64,000 nt of DNA from the human T2T-CHM13v2.0 reference genome, Homo sapiens: NCBI RefSeq assembly GCF_009914755.1, contig NC_060931.1. One strand, 5' to 3'. The position numbers and the translations under genes were made by a program. This document shows positions 1 through 30,956 of the stretch, in pieces. Numbering within the stretch: the stretch's first letter is position 1; the number at the start of each line of letters is the position of its first letter. A model generated the notes under the pieces. It was not told the origin of the DNA. It ran no database searches and saw only the letters and a list, made by a program, of their open reading frames with translations.

Positions 1-147
<147 letters not shown>

Positions 148-863
148 CTACACTCCAGCCTGGGCAACATAGCAAGACCCTGTCTCTTAAAAAAAAAAAA
201 TTACAATGTGAATAGACATAGATTTTATAACCATATTAAAATTTTCCCTTTTTAGTAAATTTTATAGAAATATAACGTATGTACAGAAAAGTATACATAT
301 CATAAGTATACAGCTTGATGACTATCAGTATGTTTCTTATTTGATTTCTAACTTAATTGTATTTTTGTGGTCATAGAATGTGCTCTGGGCTGGGCGAGCT
401 GGCTCACACCTATAATCCCAACATTTCAGAAGGCTGAAAAGTGGGAGGATCACTTGAGCTCAGGAGTTCGAGACCAACCTAGGCAATATAGTGAGACACC
501 ATCTCTACAAAAATTTTTTTAAAATAGCTGAGTATAGTGGCATGTGCCATTTGTTGAGGCTTGCCTTACTGACCTGTGTGTAGCATGGTCATATATGCTT
601 AAAAAGAATGTGTATCATACAGTTGTTAATTACTCTGTTTAAATCTTCTATATCCTTACCAACTTTTTGTCAACTTGTAATATCAATTTCTGGTGAAATA
701 CTTTAAATCACCACAATTCTGTCCCTCACTTTTCTTAGCAGCCTGTATAGAATTGGGCTGTCTATAATGCTACAGTGATCATCAATCTAAGGCAAGCCAA
801 TAATGGGTATTTTTATTGCAAAAGCATCCTCATGTGTATTCCCTTTCTTTCCTCTTCTTGCAG

Positions 864-10722
<9,859 letters not shown>

Positions 10723-11515
10723 AATAGCGCCAGCGTCCTAGGAACCAGCTTCTACTTTGACATAAAACTGGAAATCATTTTCACTCCAGTTTAATCTGTG
10801 ATACAGGGCTCTGTTTTATTGACATTTTCCTTCCTTGCTCTTTAAGCCTCAAGGTCAGAGACTGACTTGCTGAGACTTAGTCTCCTGGCTGAACAGAGTG
10901 CCATAGTCTGTGACCCTGTATGATCCTAGTAGCAATAAGATTTTGGACTTATCTGGTGCCTTTCTTCCAAAAATGCTCAGAGTACTTTTATGCAATTTAC
11001 TGACTTTAAGGAAAACAGTATAACTTTTTTTTGTTAGCATTTTATGGCATTGTCTCCTGGCTGCAATAACAAACATCTTTGATGTTCAAGAATCAGCATC
11101 ATTGTATCATTTAACTTTAAGGCGTCTCTGTACGTTATCCCATTTTATTGGGGAATTCCATAAAGGGTTTTATAACGTCATCTCTGAATCTTGGGAGAAT
11201 AACTAGCTATGTGTTTCTAAGAAAGGCAGTAAGCTACTTTATCAAACTGTCCAGTCATTAATAGGATAGATTTATGGGATTACTCTTTCAGTAATTAAAT
11301 TGTTGATGATAATAACATGTTACAGCGCAGTAAGATGAGTATTGCAATGTTTTAAAAGGTGAGTACTATGAAAAAAATTGTAGTACCTCTAAAGGTATTC
11401 AAGAAACAATGTTTATGAATCTCACTAGTCCATTATAGTTTGGTACCATAATTATTTTAGGTAACAAAGCAGGTTAGGTTTTTGTTAATGTATCTTGCTT
11501 AACAAACATCAGTTT

Positions 11516-11516
<1 letters not shown>

Positions 11517-11551
<35 letters not shown>

Positions 11552-11834
11552 TTGAGACGGAGTCTCGCTCTGTCGCCCAGGCTGGAGTACAGTGGTGCGA
11601 TCTCGGCTCACTGCAAGCTCCACCTCCTGGGTTCACGCCAGTCTCCTGCCTCAGCCTTCTGAGTAGCTGGGACTACAGGCACCCGCCACCACGCCCGGCT
11701 AATTTTTTGTATTTTTAGTAGAGACGGGGTTTCACCGTGTTAGCCACAATGCTCTCCATCTCCTGACCTCGTGATCCGCCCGTCTCAGCCTCCCAAAGTG
11801 CTGGGATTACAGGCATGAGCCACCGCGCCTGGCC
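11517..11834 (-). mobile_element. AluY, antisense, downstream of the TTC26 stop codon, with a (GTT)n tail
   Basis: Reverse AluY; TSD CAAACATCAGTTTT (11503-11516 / 11835-11848). Confidence 0.9.
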
Positions 11835-13251
11835 CAAACATCAGTTTTGAAAGTAGGGCTACAGTGATTTATATGTATTGTGGGCACTTATTAATGTAAC
11901 GATAATAAAACATGAATCGTATAAAGTCCTTTGAGGGAATCTCCTAATGGCTAGGCTCTCTGTCGTAAGTCATATTCCAGCCCCAGGCTTCTGAGCTCTT
12001 ATAACATACAACTGAGCATTCTTAAGCTCACAACCTATTTCCAGAAAAGAGACCCACATCTTTCTATGTTTTATACTACCTTTGTTTTTACACCATATAG
12101 TTTTTTTCTATTAGTTTAAGGTACCTAGTGTTACAGGTCTAGAAAGTGCAGAGCCATCCCTACCTAGAAGAGAATAGATGGGAAGAGAACTGAAAGAAAG
12201 AATTCCTCAAGCACTGAAGTCAGGAAAATCCCCGTAGGCACTGTATTAGTTGTTCCATTTATCCCAGCACTCCACTTGTGGATGAAGGAGTTGTATAGAA
12301 AGGAGATGAGAAAATGGCAGGAGTGGAAGCAGCCAAGAAGAGATCGATGACTGAAGATCTCCTTCACCTTCAGGACTGTCTCAAGGGGTTATTTCACCTC
12401 TACTCATGAGGATGGCCAGTTTTTCTGTCTTTTATCTTTAGACCCATATATAATCAGTTCAGAGCACAAATCAAAATAAACTGGCCTAAATAACTGAATT
12501 CTAGGAAGCAAAGCTACATCTTTTTTCATATGCCAAAGCTTCTGTTTCCTCATGTTGTTCCTACTTTTTAAATAATAAATGGCTCTCAGCATCTTAGGAA
12601 CTAGATGGGTCCCATCTGGGTAGAACCTGCTATAATTTTTAGAATCACTCTTGTAATTCTTACCTCACTTAAAATATTAGGAAACACAGTAATAGAAAAG
12701 ACAGGGAGAACTCGTCTGCAGGTTTTGGCAGTGAAATTTGTCTTCCAGTGAATTGCTATTATTTTCAAATTGCCTATAGTCAAAAAGCTTTTCCATTGAT
12801 GGAGACTTACTTTCAAATGAGCTTGTGTTGAATTCAGCACTCTAGATTCTCTCTGACATTTTCCTGTCTTTTGGGAAAAAAAAGCAGATATTCCAAAAAT
12901 GGCAGAAATCTAATTTTTGTAAACTTTTTCATCTATAGGATTGAGCCAAAAAACATACATACTATTTTAAAGAAAGGTACCATCTAATTCTTTTATTAAA
13001 GATAGCTACTTCTGAAATGTCTTAACAGAGTTTCAAGATTGCAAAGTAGTATTGCATAGCTGGTTTTCTTACATGTGATGATGGAGGAGAGAGGAAGACC
13101 CAGACTTAGGCATGTAGTGAAATATGTACAGTTTCTGGCATCAGTGTACTATTTATAGTCTATAGCATACATTACTTGCAAATGGGAAAAGTATTTTATA
13201 ATTATTTTTGTACCTCAAAATAATTATTATATTCTACTGTATTATATTCAA

Positions 13252-13257
13252 ATTAAA
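13252..13257 (+). terminator. Candidate distal polyadenylation signal (ATTAAA) of TTC26
   Basis: ATTAAA with a U-rich/TGTA upstream context and a GT-rich downstream tract (ttctgttgagtgtg). Confidence 0.4.
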
Positions 13258-14151
13258 GTTTATTATTTGATTCTTAGTATGATATTCTGTTGAGTGTGAT
13301 GAGGGTGGGACCTAAGTATGTCATGTGCCTTCTACCCTTTCTTTCCTAGCCCTAGAATGAAAGGAGAGAAAGTTTTGGGCCCCATAAGTTACTCTTTAGA
13401 AGAGAGAAAAGTACATATTCCCCAAGAAGCCCTTTCCACTAAGAGGCTGGTAGTTCCTGCTGAATCATACTAGGCTTGGCTCTTTGCTGAATTACAGCCC
13501 ATTCAGAAGTTATATGACCAGTGCATAGTGTAGTACCTCACACATAGAAAGCTCTCACATACTTGTTGACTGAATAATTAAACATACAGTAACTGGTAGG
13601 GCAAGTGACTTGTGAAGTCTAACCTCATATATTCAGTTCCCATTGAATTATTATTTTATTGTGTGCTAAGCATATGCCAGGTACTTGGGCTGCAAAGATA
13701 AATAATGCACAGGCCTGACTCTCAAGGAACTCTAACAGAAGTATACACAACTAAACACAACAACGTGATTGATATCATCAGTGGGAATAAAGTATTGAGC
13801 AATAAAAGAAGGCAATGGAATGTTTGTATCCGTGTAAATGAGATGCCCCCTGCCTCATTTGGGAGAAGCAATCAGAATGGATCCCAAAGCTCAACAGCTA
13901 GCAAGATGCCCACAGCTCTGCCATGTGTGCCACACACATCACATGCATCCAAGTAGACGGAAGCCAAGGGACTGCTTTCCTCCTCTGTGGCTTAGTGCAC
14001 TTTCAGAAAGGTGCTAGCAAACAGGCATGATATCACAATAGTTACATCTACTTTCTAATGGCAAAAATGAAGTAGTGATTTACTAGATCCTGTATTGAGA
14101 ACATCTGTGTCTTAGATGAATAGTTGTCTTACGACTCTTTTCTTCATCCTA

Positions 14152-14304
<153 letters not shown>

Positions 14305-14875
14305 TTAGCCAGGTGTAGTGGCACATTCCTGTCATCCCAGTTACTTGGGAGGCTGAGAAGGGAGGATCACCTGAGACCAGGAGTTCAAGGTTATAGTAGG
14401 TACTTTATAATAATGTTCAAACAGTACTCCCGACTATTAAGATGGTCTCAGAGCAGCAGAGCTAGGGACTTAGTGACATGCCTGTAAACTACCTTAACAC
14501 AGAGCTTCTGGAATATGAGAAGAATAAAAGACAGCACACAACAAAATGAATGTCATCAGTCAATGTGTGTGTGTTGAGTGTGGAGTGTGTAGAGAAGTTT
14601 GCACAATTTGTTGCCATCAAAACTTTTTCTTTAAATGAAATCTGAATACCAAAAACACCTAGGGGCTGATTTGGTGATTGTGGTGAAGGAGGAAGGAGAT
14701 GGCCGGTCACGGTGGCTCACGCCTATAATCCCAGCACTTTGGGATGCTGAGGCAGGTGGATCATGAGGTCAGTAGTTCAAGACCAGCCTGGCCAACATGG
14801 TGAAACCCTGTCTCTATGAAAAAATACAAAAATTAGCCAGGCGTGGTGGCAGGCACCTGTAATCTCAGCTACTCA

Positions 14876-15872
<997 letters not shown>

Positions 15873-17202
15873 AGGTGGCATGGGAGTAGTGTATCCTAAG
15901 ATGAAATTTGAAGTATAAAATTTAACTACCTGTCAGAACTCTTCCCAGGAAAACCTAGAAACAACCCAAATATCCATTCACAGGAGAATGGATAAATAAA
16001 CTGTAGTAAAGTCACAAAGGAATATTATACAGAATAAATGAACTACAGCCTCTTGCAACAATATATTGCTTAGAGCAATAACCTTTTATAAGTTAAAGAC
16101 AACTCACATATACACTCAGAAGGAAAGCAGGGGAATGATGAACACCAAGTCAGCATGGTGGTTACCAAGTTGGGGAGGAGGGGCTAAGATGGAGAGGAGG
16201 CCACATAGATAATCATCAGGATTCATCATATCGTATTAGGTTATTATCAGGATTCTAGTTTTCATGTAGATGATGAGTCACAGGGGTTTATTCTTTAATA
16301 AACTATAAATATACTATTAAAAATAAACTATAAATAGTTAAATAAAAGAGGGCCAATGGTGAGAGAGTGTCATCTTGAGCCAAAGATTATGACCAACCCA
16401 ATCCTGTGCAACTGAGGTAAAACAAAACAAAGTTGATAAATATATAACTAGAAGGAAATGCTCCTAAATATAAGAACAATGATTATCTTCAAATGATGGA
16501 ACTGGGTACCGTATATTCTTCTTTCTGTATTCTGTATTTTCTGATTTTTCTAGAATGAGCACATGTTATTTGTATCATCAAAAACATTTTTTTGTTTTGT
16601 TTTGTTTTTGAGACAGGGTCTCGTTCTGTTGCCCAGGCTGGAGTGCAGTGCCACAATCTTGGGTCACTGAAATTTCTGTCTCCGGGGCCCAAACGATCCT
16701 CCCACCTTCGCCTCCCAAGTAGCTGGGACTATGGGCATGTGCCATCACACCTGGCTAATTTTTTGTTGTTGTTGTTTGTTTGTTTGTTTGAGACAGAGTC
16801 TCACTCTGTCGCCCACGCTGGAGTACAGTGACGCGATTTCGGCTCACCGAAAGCTCTGCCTCCCAGGTTCACGCCATTCTCCTGCCTCAGCCTCCCGAGT
16901 AGCGGGACTACAGGCGCTCACCACCACACCCGGCTAATTTTTTGTATTTTTAGTAGAGACGGGGTTTCACCGTGGTAGCCAGGATGGTCTCAATCTCCTG
17001 AGCTCGCGATCCACCTGCCTCGGCCTCCCGAAGTGCTGGGATTACAGGCGTGAGCCACCGGGCCCGGCCCACACCTGGCTAACTTTTGTAACTTTTTTTG
17101 GTAGAGCTATGTTGCCCAGTCTGCAAAACAAACAAACAAACAAACAAAAAAGTGTAAAATAAATCTTTACATCTAGCAAAATAATTTCTTCGTATCATCT
17201 AA

Positions 17203-17737
<535 letters not shown>

Positions 17738-18959
17738 TGAGCCACCAGGCCCAGCCCACTTATTTTTTTAATGGCTATCCTTTCCCCACTGTTTTCCCAA
17801 GCCATTGATTTGTTGGAGAAACTGAGTCATTTGTGTTGTGGAATGCCCCATGTTACAAATTTGGTTGGCTGATTCCATGTAGGATTGTTGAACATGTTCC
17901 TGTGTAACTCAGATTGCCTTTACACTGGTAATTGGATGTAAAGGCTGATGCCAAGGATCAGTCGGCTCCCTCTGATCCCTCCATTGCAAAGCTCGCCTTC
18001 GACCTTTCATTTAACTGTTGGAGCAGCCATGATGATCATGCTGAGAGGCGTTCTTTTATTTAGGGTTGCAAAATAGTGAGTTCCTAATTCTGTCATTCGT
18101 TATCTGCTTTTTGACTGAAATTCCGTAAAGAAGAACTTTCTCATTTAACTATTTGATTGCTCTCAAAATCAATTTATACAGGGAAGGTGAGAGGAAGGAA
18201 AATTCTTTTATCAGTTTTCAAAAAAATAAATAAGTGCCCTAGCAACCTTCTATAGTAACCAACAAGGTTCTCTTTCCTTTCCTTTTTTTTTTCTTTTCAA
18301 GTATCATGAAACCATGGAGATTTTTTACTTTAATTTATTTATTTATTTTTAATTTTTAAATTTTATTTAAAATTTTTTATTTATTTATTTTGAGACTGGG
18401 TTATGAAACTGGCTAATTTTTATATTTTTGGTAGAGACAGGGTTTTGCCATGTTGCCTAGGCTGGTCTGCAACTCCTAGGCTCAAACAATCTGCCTGCTT
18501 GCTGGGATTAGGAGCCTTGAAACCATGGAGTGTTACATATTATATATGTATCAATTAACTGCAAACATTATTTATTTTGATGTTTGAGCTTTCCAGCAAG
18601 AGCTCCTTTAAACTGGCTCCTGTGAACCGTAAAAAAAGTTTTAAATTGTGCTAAAATACACATAACATAAAAGTTACCATCTTAACCATTATTTGCAACC
18701 AATTATTGTAAATTGACAATTTATAATTGTATAAGTTTATGGGTCACAAAGTGATGTCATAATTTTTGGGTACAATGTGGTATAACAAAGTCAAGCTAGT
18801 TAATGTAACCATGACTTCAAATACTTAACATTTTTGTGATGAGAACATTTGAAATTTACTCTTAGCAATTGTGAAAGGTATAATACTCTATTATTAGCCT
18901 GGGCGCCGTGGCTCACGCCTGTCATCCCAGCACTTTGGGAGGCCGAGGCGGGCAGATCA

Positions 18960-19242
<283 letters not shown>

Positions 19243-19269
19243 TCAGAGTATAAAAGGTCTTCTTCCTGA

Positions 19270-19609
<340 letters not shown>

Positions 19610-21154
19610 TAAAATTTTTAAATGAGACAAAATATCAATTTCAAAACAGCATTAAAAAAAGTGAGCATAATTATTCATACTCAGCTCATAATAGAGCAAA
19701 TGGGTGAATAGAATAATAATTCATGCTATTACATGTTTAATGAACTGGCAGCAAGAGAAAACTGGTCAAAGAAAGGCAGAGGAAACTGGCAACAAGAGGA
19801 AAATTGGTCAAAGAAAGGCAGGGAAACTTTGTCTTGTAAGAATTAGAACCCAAGGACTCCATAATCATCTGGCATTCATTCGATGTTATATCTATGGTTA
19901 GAAATGTACGTGATAGGAACTCCCGGAATCTTACAGATTCTTCTTTTAGGGTCCTGGTCAACCGTGGCCACAATGTACCATTTGTGCTGAGTTTCTCTCT
20001 GTACTAAGCAGTCATCTGCATAGGTTCCTTTGTGTGTGCATGGTAATCATTCAAACCTTGGATCCTTGGAGATTCTTAGAGCCACTCAATACTTCTGCCC
20101 CAATTTCTCAATTTCAGCCATTACACAATCAGTTATATAAGGGATACACGTGGCCTACAGACAGTCCGTCATTGACTGCACTAAGTCTGGTTTGGCTTTA
20201 ATGGAAAAGTTGATAAAGTTGGAATCAACAAGAATGTGGTAAGGTGGCCCAGCTGTGTATTATATTGGAAAAATAAGCAGGAAGGGTGTTGAGGAACTTC
20301 TCTTTCCTTTAGTATGTTGGAATCTTTCTTTTCTTCCTTTTTAGGTTTTAATCTATCCCTTTCTTCAAGCCTCTGATCTCTGAGACTAAGCATTGGCTTC
20401 ATGGTCGCATAATTCCTTGATTTCTTTTGCCTCTGCACACTCACATCACACTCTTGTTTCTTCCGGAATCCCATCTTAGCCTTTTTTTTTGTTTGAGACG
20501 GAATCTCACTCTGTCACCCAGGCTGGAGTGCAGTGGCATGATCTCATCTCGCTGCAACCTCTGCCTCCCGGGTTCAATTGATTCTTCTGCCGCAGCCTCC
20601 CGAGTACCTGGGGCTATAGGCATGCGACACCACGCCCGGCTAATTTTTGTATTTTTAGTAGAGACAGGGTTTCACCATATTGGCCAGGCTGGTCTTGAAC
20701 TCCTGACCTCAGGTGATCCGCCCACCTCAGACTCCCAAAGTGCTGGGATTACAGGTGTGAGCCCGGCCCATCTTAGCCATTTTAAGTATACAGTTCAGTG
20801 GTGTAAAGTACATTCGCATTGGGTTTTTATATATAATATTTTTATCTGCCCTTCATTTGTGTTTAGCACATGTTATAAAACTGCATAAGGCTATCAAGTA
20901 ACCTGAGGAGTTATAGGCCAGGTGCAGTGGCTCACAACTGTAATTCCCAGCACTTTGGGAAGCCCAGGTAGGAGGACTGCTTGAGCCCAGGAATTTGAGG
21001 CTACAGTGAGCTATGATGGCACCACTGCATCCTAGCCTGGGTAACAGAGCAAAACCTCATCTTAAAAAAATAAAGAAGTTAGGCTGGGAGTGGCAGCTCA
21101 CGCCTGTAATCCCAGCACTTTGGAAGGCCAAGGCAGGTGGATCATCTGAGGTCA

Positions 21155-21358
<204 letters not shown>

Positions 21359-21460
21359 TCAAAAAAAAAAAAAAAAGTTGTAATAAGAAATAGCTCAGGC
21401 CAGGCGCGTTGGCTCATGCCTGTAATCCCAGTACTTTGGGAGTCCGAGGTGGGCGGATCA

Positions 21461-21715
<255 letters not shown>

Positions 21716-21769
21716 TTAAAGAAGACTTTTTATAGTTATTAATCTTTCTTTCCCCATATTCTTTTTGTC

Positions 21770-22670
21770 CCTAGCTTTATGAGGTATAATTGACAAATAT
21801 GATTGCATAAAACTAAGGTGTACAAAGTGATTATGTGATATATGTCTATATTGTGAAATAATTACCGCAATCAAGTTAGTTAACACATCTATTTCCTTAC
21901 CTAGTTACCGTGTGTGTGTCTCTGTGATGAGAATACTTGAGATCTAGTATCTTAGCAAATTTCAAGTATACATTGTTATCAAATAATGTCACTATGCTAC
22001 ATTAGATCTCCAGAACTTACTCATCTTATGACAAAGTTTTATCCTTTGACCAACATCTCCCCATATCTCCTACCTCTTAGCCCCTGCAGCCACCATTTTA
22101 CTCTTTCTGTGAGTTCATCTTTTTAAAATTTGACATGTAAGTAAGATGATATAGTATTTGTCTTTCTCCGTCTGATATATTTCACTTAGCATCATGCCTT
22201 AAAGGTTTATACTTGGCGATTATGAATAATGTTGTTGCAAATAGCAGGGTTTTCTTTTTGTGGCTGAGTAATAGTCTATCACGTCTCTGTATGTACATGT
22301 GTGCGTGTGTATATGTGTATGTGTATATATATAACAATGTATCCATTCGTCTACCAATGGACACTTAGGTTGTTTCCATGTCTTGGCTATTGTGAATAAT
22401 GCTGCCAATGAACATGGGAGTGCAGATGCCTCTTTGACATACTGATTTCATTTCTTTCAGATATATACCCAGAAATGGGCTTGCTGGATTATATGGCAGT
22501 TCTATTATTAATTTGTGGAGGAATCTCCGTAATGTTTTCCATAATGGCTTCTACCAACAGCGTACAAAGGTTCCCTTTTGCCCATATCCTTGCCAACACG
22601 TATTATCTGCTGTCTTTTTGATAATAGCCATCTTAACAGGCATGAAGTTATATCTCCTTGTTGTTTTAAT
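21770..22670 (-). mobile_element. Old LINE-1 3' fragment (L1MA/MB-like)
   Basis: Minus-strand [16 protein letters not shown] remnant and L1M-type 3' UTR. Confidence 0.75.
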
Positions 22671-22842
22671 AAAATCACATTGTTGTACAACCAATTTCCA
22701 GAACTCTTTTCCTCTTGCCAAACAATATCTACACCCACTCCTGTCCTGCGAACTTTGTTTTTAGAGAATGGAGTCTTGCTGTGTTGCCCAGGCTGGACTC
22801 TAACTCCTGGACGCAAAGTTTCCTCCCACGCCAGCCTCCTAA

Positions 22843-23335
<493 letters not shown>

Positions 23336-23930
23336 TAACCTAAGAACAAAGGAATCTTTAATAATCCTTTACCAGCCAGGCACAGTGGCTCATGCCTCTA
23401 ACCCAGGGCTTTGAAAGACTGAGGTGGGAGGATCACTTGAACCCAGAAATTCAAGACCATCCTGGGCAGCATATCTAAAAACACCATGTCTAAAAAAAAA
23501 AAGAAATTATTACCCTTACATGGTGGCAGATGTGTGTAGTCCTAGCTACTCGGGAGGCTGGGATGGGAGGATCACTTGAGCCCAGGAGTTCGAGGCTACT
23601 GCAAGCTATGATCATGCCACTGCACTCCAGCCTGGGTGATGGAGCAGGACTCTGTCTCAAGAAAAATAATAATAGTTCTTTACCCCTGATCATTTTATTT
23701 CAGTGAGAAAAAGATAAGGACATGTTTAGATAGAATCATTCAAATGCCTTCTAAAGCAGCCACCGTGCCTGGCTTCCTGTGACTTTTGACATGACTCCAT
23801 CAGTCTTCGATAATTTCCTTGCTCTCTGACTCAAGGTGTCTCTGATTTATCTTGTTCTTTTTCTACCCTAGACTCAGAATCATTCATTCTTCTGAGGAAA
23901 GCTAAGGGTTCATATTGATTTTTAAAGTAA

Positions 23931-24170
<240 letters not shown>

Positions 24171-25227
24171 TAGTCTTGAACTCCTCAAGCAATCCTCCTG
24201 CCTCAGCCTCCCAAAGTGCTAAGATTACAGGCGTGAGCCACCACGCCCGGCCTTAAAATGTTTCTTATAGGTGCCTCTTCCTTCCTATATCACTAAGGCG
24301 CTTGTACCTAGGAATCCAAGATCCAGATGAGAAATTTATTTAAAATTTTTGATAAACATTATGACAAAATATTCAATCTCCAGGATAATGATATTTTTAA
24401 AAGATATTCAGTCTCACTAGAAAGCAAAGATATGCAACTATAAATTTTGTCACTTCTGCGTTGGGTAAATGTTAAAAATTTGAGAATAACCAGCTGGGAA
24501 AAGAGTAGAAAAAAATCTCATGCACCAGTTATGAGAAAATAAAGATACTACCTTTGCTTGGCAAGCAGTATGACAAATGTATCAAAATGTAGACTATCCT
24601 TTGATCCATCGTTTCCAAATCTAGGAATTTATTCTAAGGAAATAGTTGGAGATATATGCATAAAGATATAGGCACAAACCTGATGATTAAAATATCGTTT
24701 ATAGTAGTGTAAAAGGGAAACAACATAAATGATTGCTCCCAAATATATCCCTAGCACCTAACATGCAATATGGTAGGTATCCAATGAATATTTCTTAGGT
24801 GAACTAATAAGTGAATATCCAGCTACAAGATGTTGGTTACATAAATGCAGGTGCATCATAAAATATAATACTTTGCAATCATAGGCTGGGCACAGTGGCT
24901 CATGCCTGTAATCCCAACACTTTGAGAGGTCAAGGCAGGAGGATTGCCTGAGCTCAGGAATTCAAAACCAGCCTGGGCAACATAGTGAGACTCTATTGCT
25001 ACAAAAACATTAAAAATTAGCTGGGCATGGTGGCCCAGGCCTGTAGTCCCAGTTACTCAGGGGGCTGAGGTTGGAGGACTGCTTGAGCCCAGGAAGTCAA
25101 GGCTGCAGTGAGATCTGTGATCACACCACTGCCCTCCAGGCTGGGTGACAGAGTGAGACCCTATTTCAAAAAATAATACTACTTTGCAATCATTGAAAAA
25201 TGGTGAGGTAGATTTACATCTAATGAC

Positions 25228-25730
25228 TGTGGTAGTCAGAACAATGGTCCCACAAATATGTCCATATGCAAATCCCTGGAACCTGAAAATACATGCAACT
25301 ACATGGCAAGGGTGAATTAAGGTTTCAGACAGAACTAAAGTTGCTATTAAACTGGCCTTAAAATGGGGCAATTATCCTGGGTTATCCAGGCGGACGTGGT
25401 GTAATCACAGAGGTCCTTAAAAGTGGAAGAGGGAGAACCAAAAAGATGGCAGCATGAGAATGACTCAGCTGAAGCTGCTGGCTTTGAAGACGGAGGAAGA
25501 AAGGCATGAACCAAGTGATGTAGACTTCCTCTAGAAGCTGGAAAGGGAAAGGAAATGGATTCTCCCCTAGAGTTTCCAGAAAGGAATGCAGTCCTGCCAA
25601 CAATCTGACTTTAGCCCAGTTAGACCCCTTTTCAGACTTCTGACCTATAGAACTGTAAGATAAATTTGTGTTGTTTTAAGCCACTAAATTTGTGATAACT
25701 TGTCACGGCAACAATAGGAAACTAATAACA
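25228..25730 (+). mobile_element. MaLR solo LTR (MLT1C/D-like)
   Basis: TGTGGTAG...AATGGTCCC start; TTCTCCCCTAGAG..TCCAGAA motif; GGAAACTAATA(A)CA end. Confidence 0.8.
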
Positions 25731-25797
25731 CTACAGAAACATTTATAAGACATACTGATAAATCTTAAAAGTAGGTTACAAAATAACTTTGTGTTGT

Positions 25798-26138
25798 TGT
25801 TATAGTTTGAATGTATCCTCCAAAACTCATATGTTAGAAACTTAATCCTCACTGCAACAGTGTTAAAAGGTAGGATCTTTTGGGAGGTGTGTAGGTCATG
25901 AGGGTTCAGCCCCCATGAATGGATTAATGCCACTATGAAAAGGGCTTTTGGGAGTAGGTTTGCTCTCTCTTGCTCTTCTGCCTTCCTTCATGGGAGAACT
26001 CAGCCAGAAAGCACTCAGATGCTGGTGCCTTGATTTTGGTCTTCCCAGCCTTCAGAACTATGAGATAATAACTTTCTGTTCATTATAAGTTACCCAGTCA
26101 CAGGTATTCTGTTATAACAGAACAAAATGGACTAAGAC
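25798..26138 (+). mobile_element. MaLR solo LTR (MST family)
   Basis: TGTTATAGTTTGAATG start; AAAATGGACTAAGACA end. Confidence 0.75.
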
Positions 26139-26817
26139 ACATGTGATTTTATTTGTGCATATATATTTGTCTGTATATGCATAGAGATGTCAAGAAGGTT
26201 ATTCATGAAAAGTTAAATTTAGACTTTTATTAATAATCATTATACATCCATCTATGAGTAGCTGAAGAAAAAATATTTTCTTCTGGTATAACCAAAAGAC
26301 TGGAAGAGGGTTTAGTGGCATAGGTTCAGTGGAAGGAGAAATGACTACCCAATGGTCTTAGGGACCCAGTGAACTCACAGTAAGATGGACTTTGGCCAGG
26401 ACTGCACTTATTACCTCATCTGCCAACCCCAACAAAGGGGACCAGGATGACATTTTGGGTCTCTGTGTATAAATGCTAACTAAAACCCTGTGTCTCATAA
26501 TCCTCAAAATAGCTGGGTATTCCCTAGTGTACTATCCCTGAGTAAATGGTGATAGGTCCTTTTGGGAAAGGACTGAGGATATCATTAATGCACATGTATA
26601 TGGTAGTCATTACATGACTGTATACATTTGCCAACACTTATAGAAATGTACATTTTAAATAGGTGGGGTTTTTTGTATAATAAAGCTATTTTTGAGGGAG
26701 TGGAGTGAGGGTTGAGAAATTACTATTGGGTACAATATTCACTATTCAGATGATGGGTACATTAAAAGCTCAGACGTCACCACTATGCAATATATGCAGG
26801 TAAGAAACCTGGACTTG

Positions 26818-30265
<3,448 letters not shown>

Positions 30266-30462
30266 AAGAAACCTGTATTTATACTCCCTAAATATATAAA
30301 AATTAAAAAAACTATAAAGCTATTTTTTAAATCCCAGGTTTAATTTAATTTTTCCAATCTTAGTAGTGTTCACTCTCCATGATCACAACTACTGACCAGA
30401 GACTAGAATTAGACCTGGGCATCATTCCAGGGTGTCAGTGAAATTGAAAAAGAAAATTATAG

Positions 30463-30956
<494 letters not shown>

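Larger units (their letters stand above)
10723..13280 (+). other. TTC26: TTC26 3' UTR; the end is uncertain
   Basis: Follows the stop codon and is AT-rich. Candidate poly(A) signals: AATAAA at 11904, ~12475 and ~12574, and ATTAAA at 13252 followed by a T/GT-rich tract. Confidence 0.5.

Noticed and set aside
12165-12420. Purine-rich, exon-like block in the TTC26 3' UTR
   Set aside because: No long sense ORF or recognisable product; the splice signals are unconvincing.
14393-14437. Imperfect inverted repeat at the break of a truncated Alu (ATAGTAGGTACT ... AGTACTCCCGACTAT)
   Set aside because: Too short and gapped to distinguish from chance.
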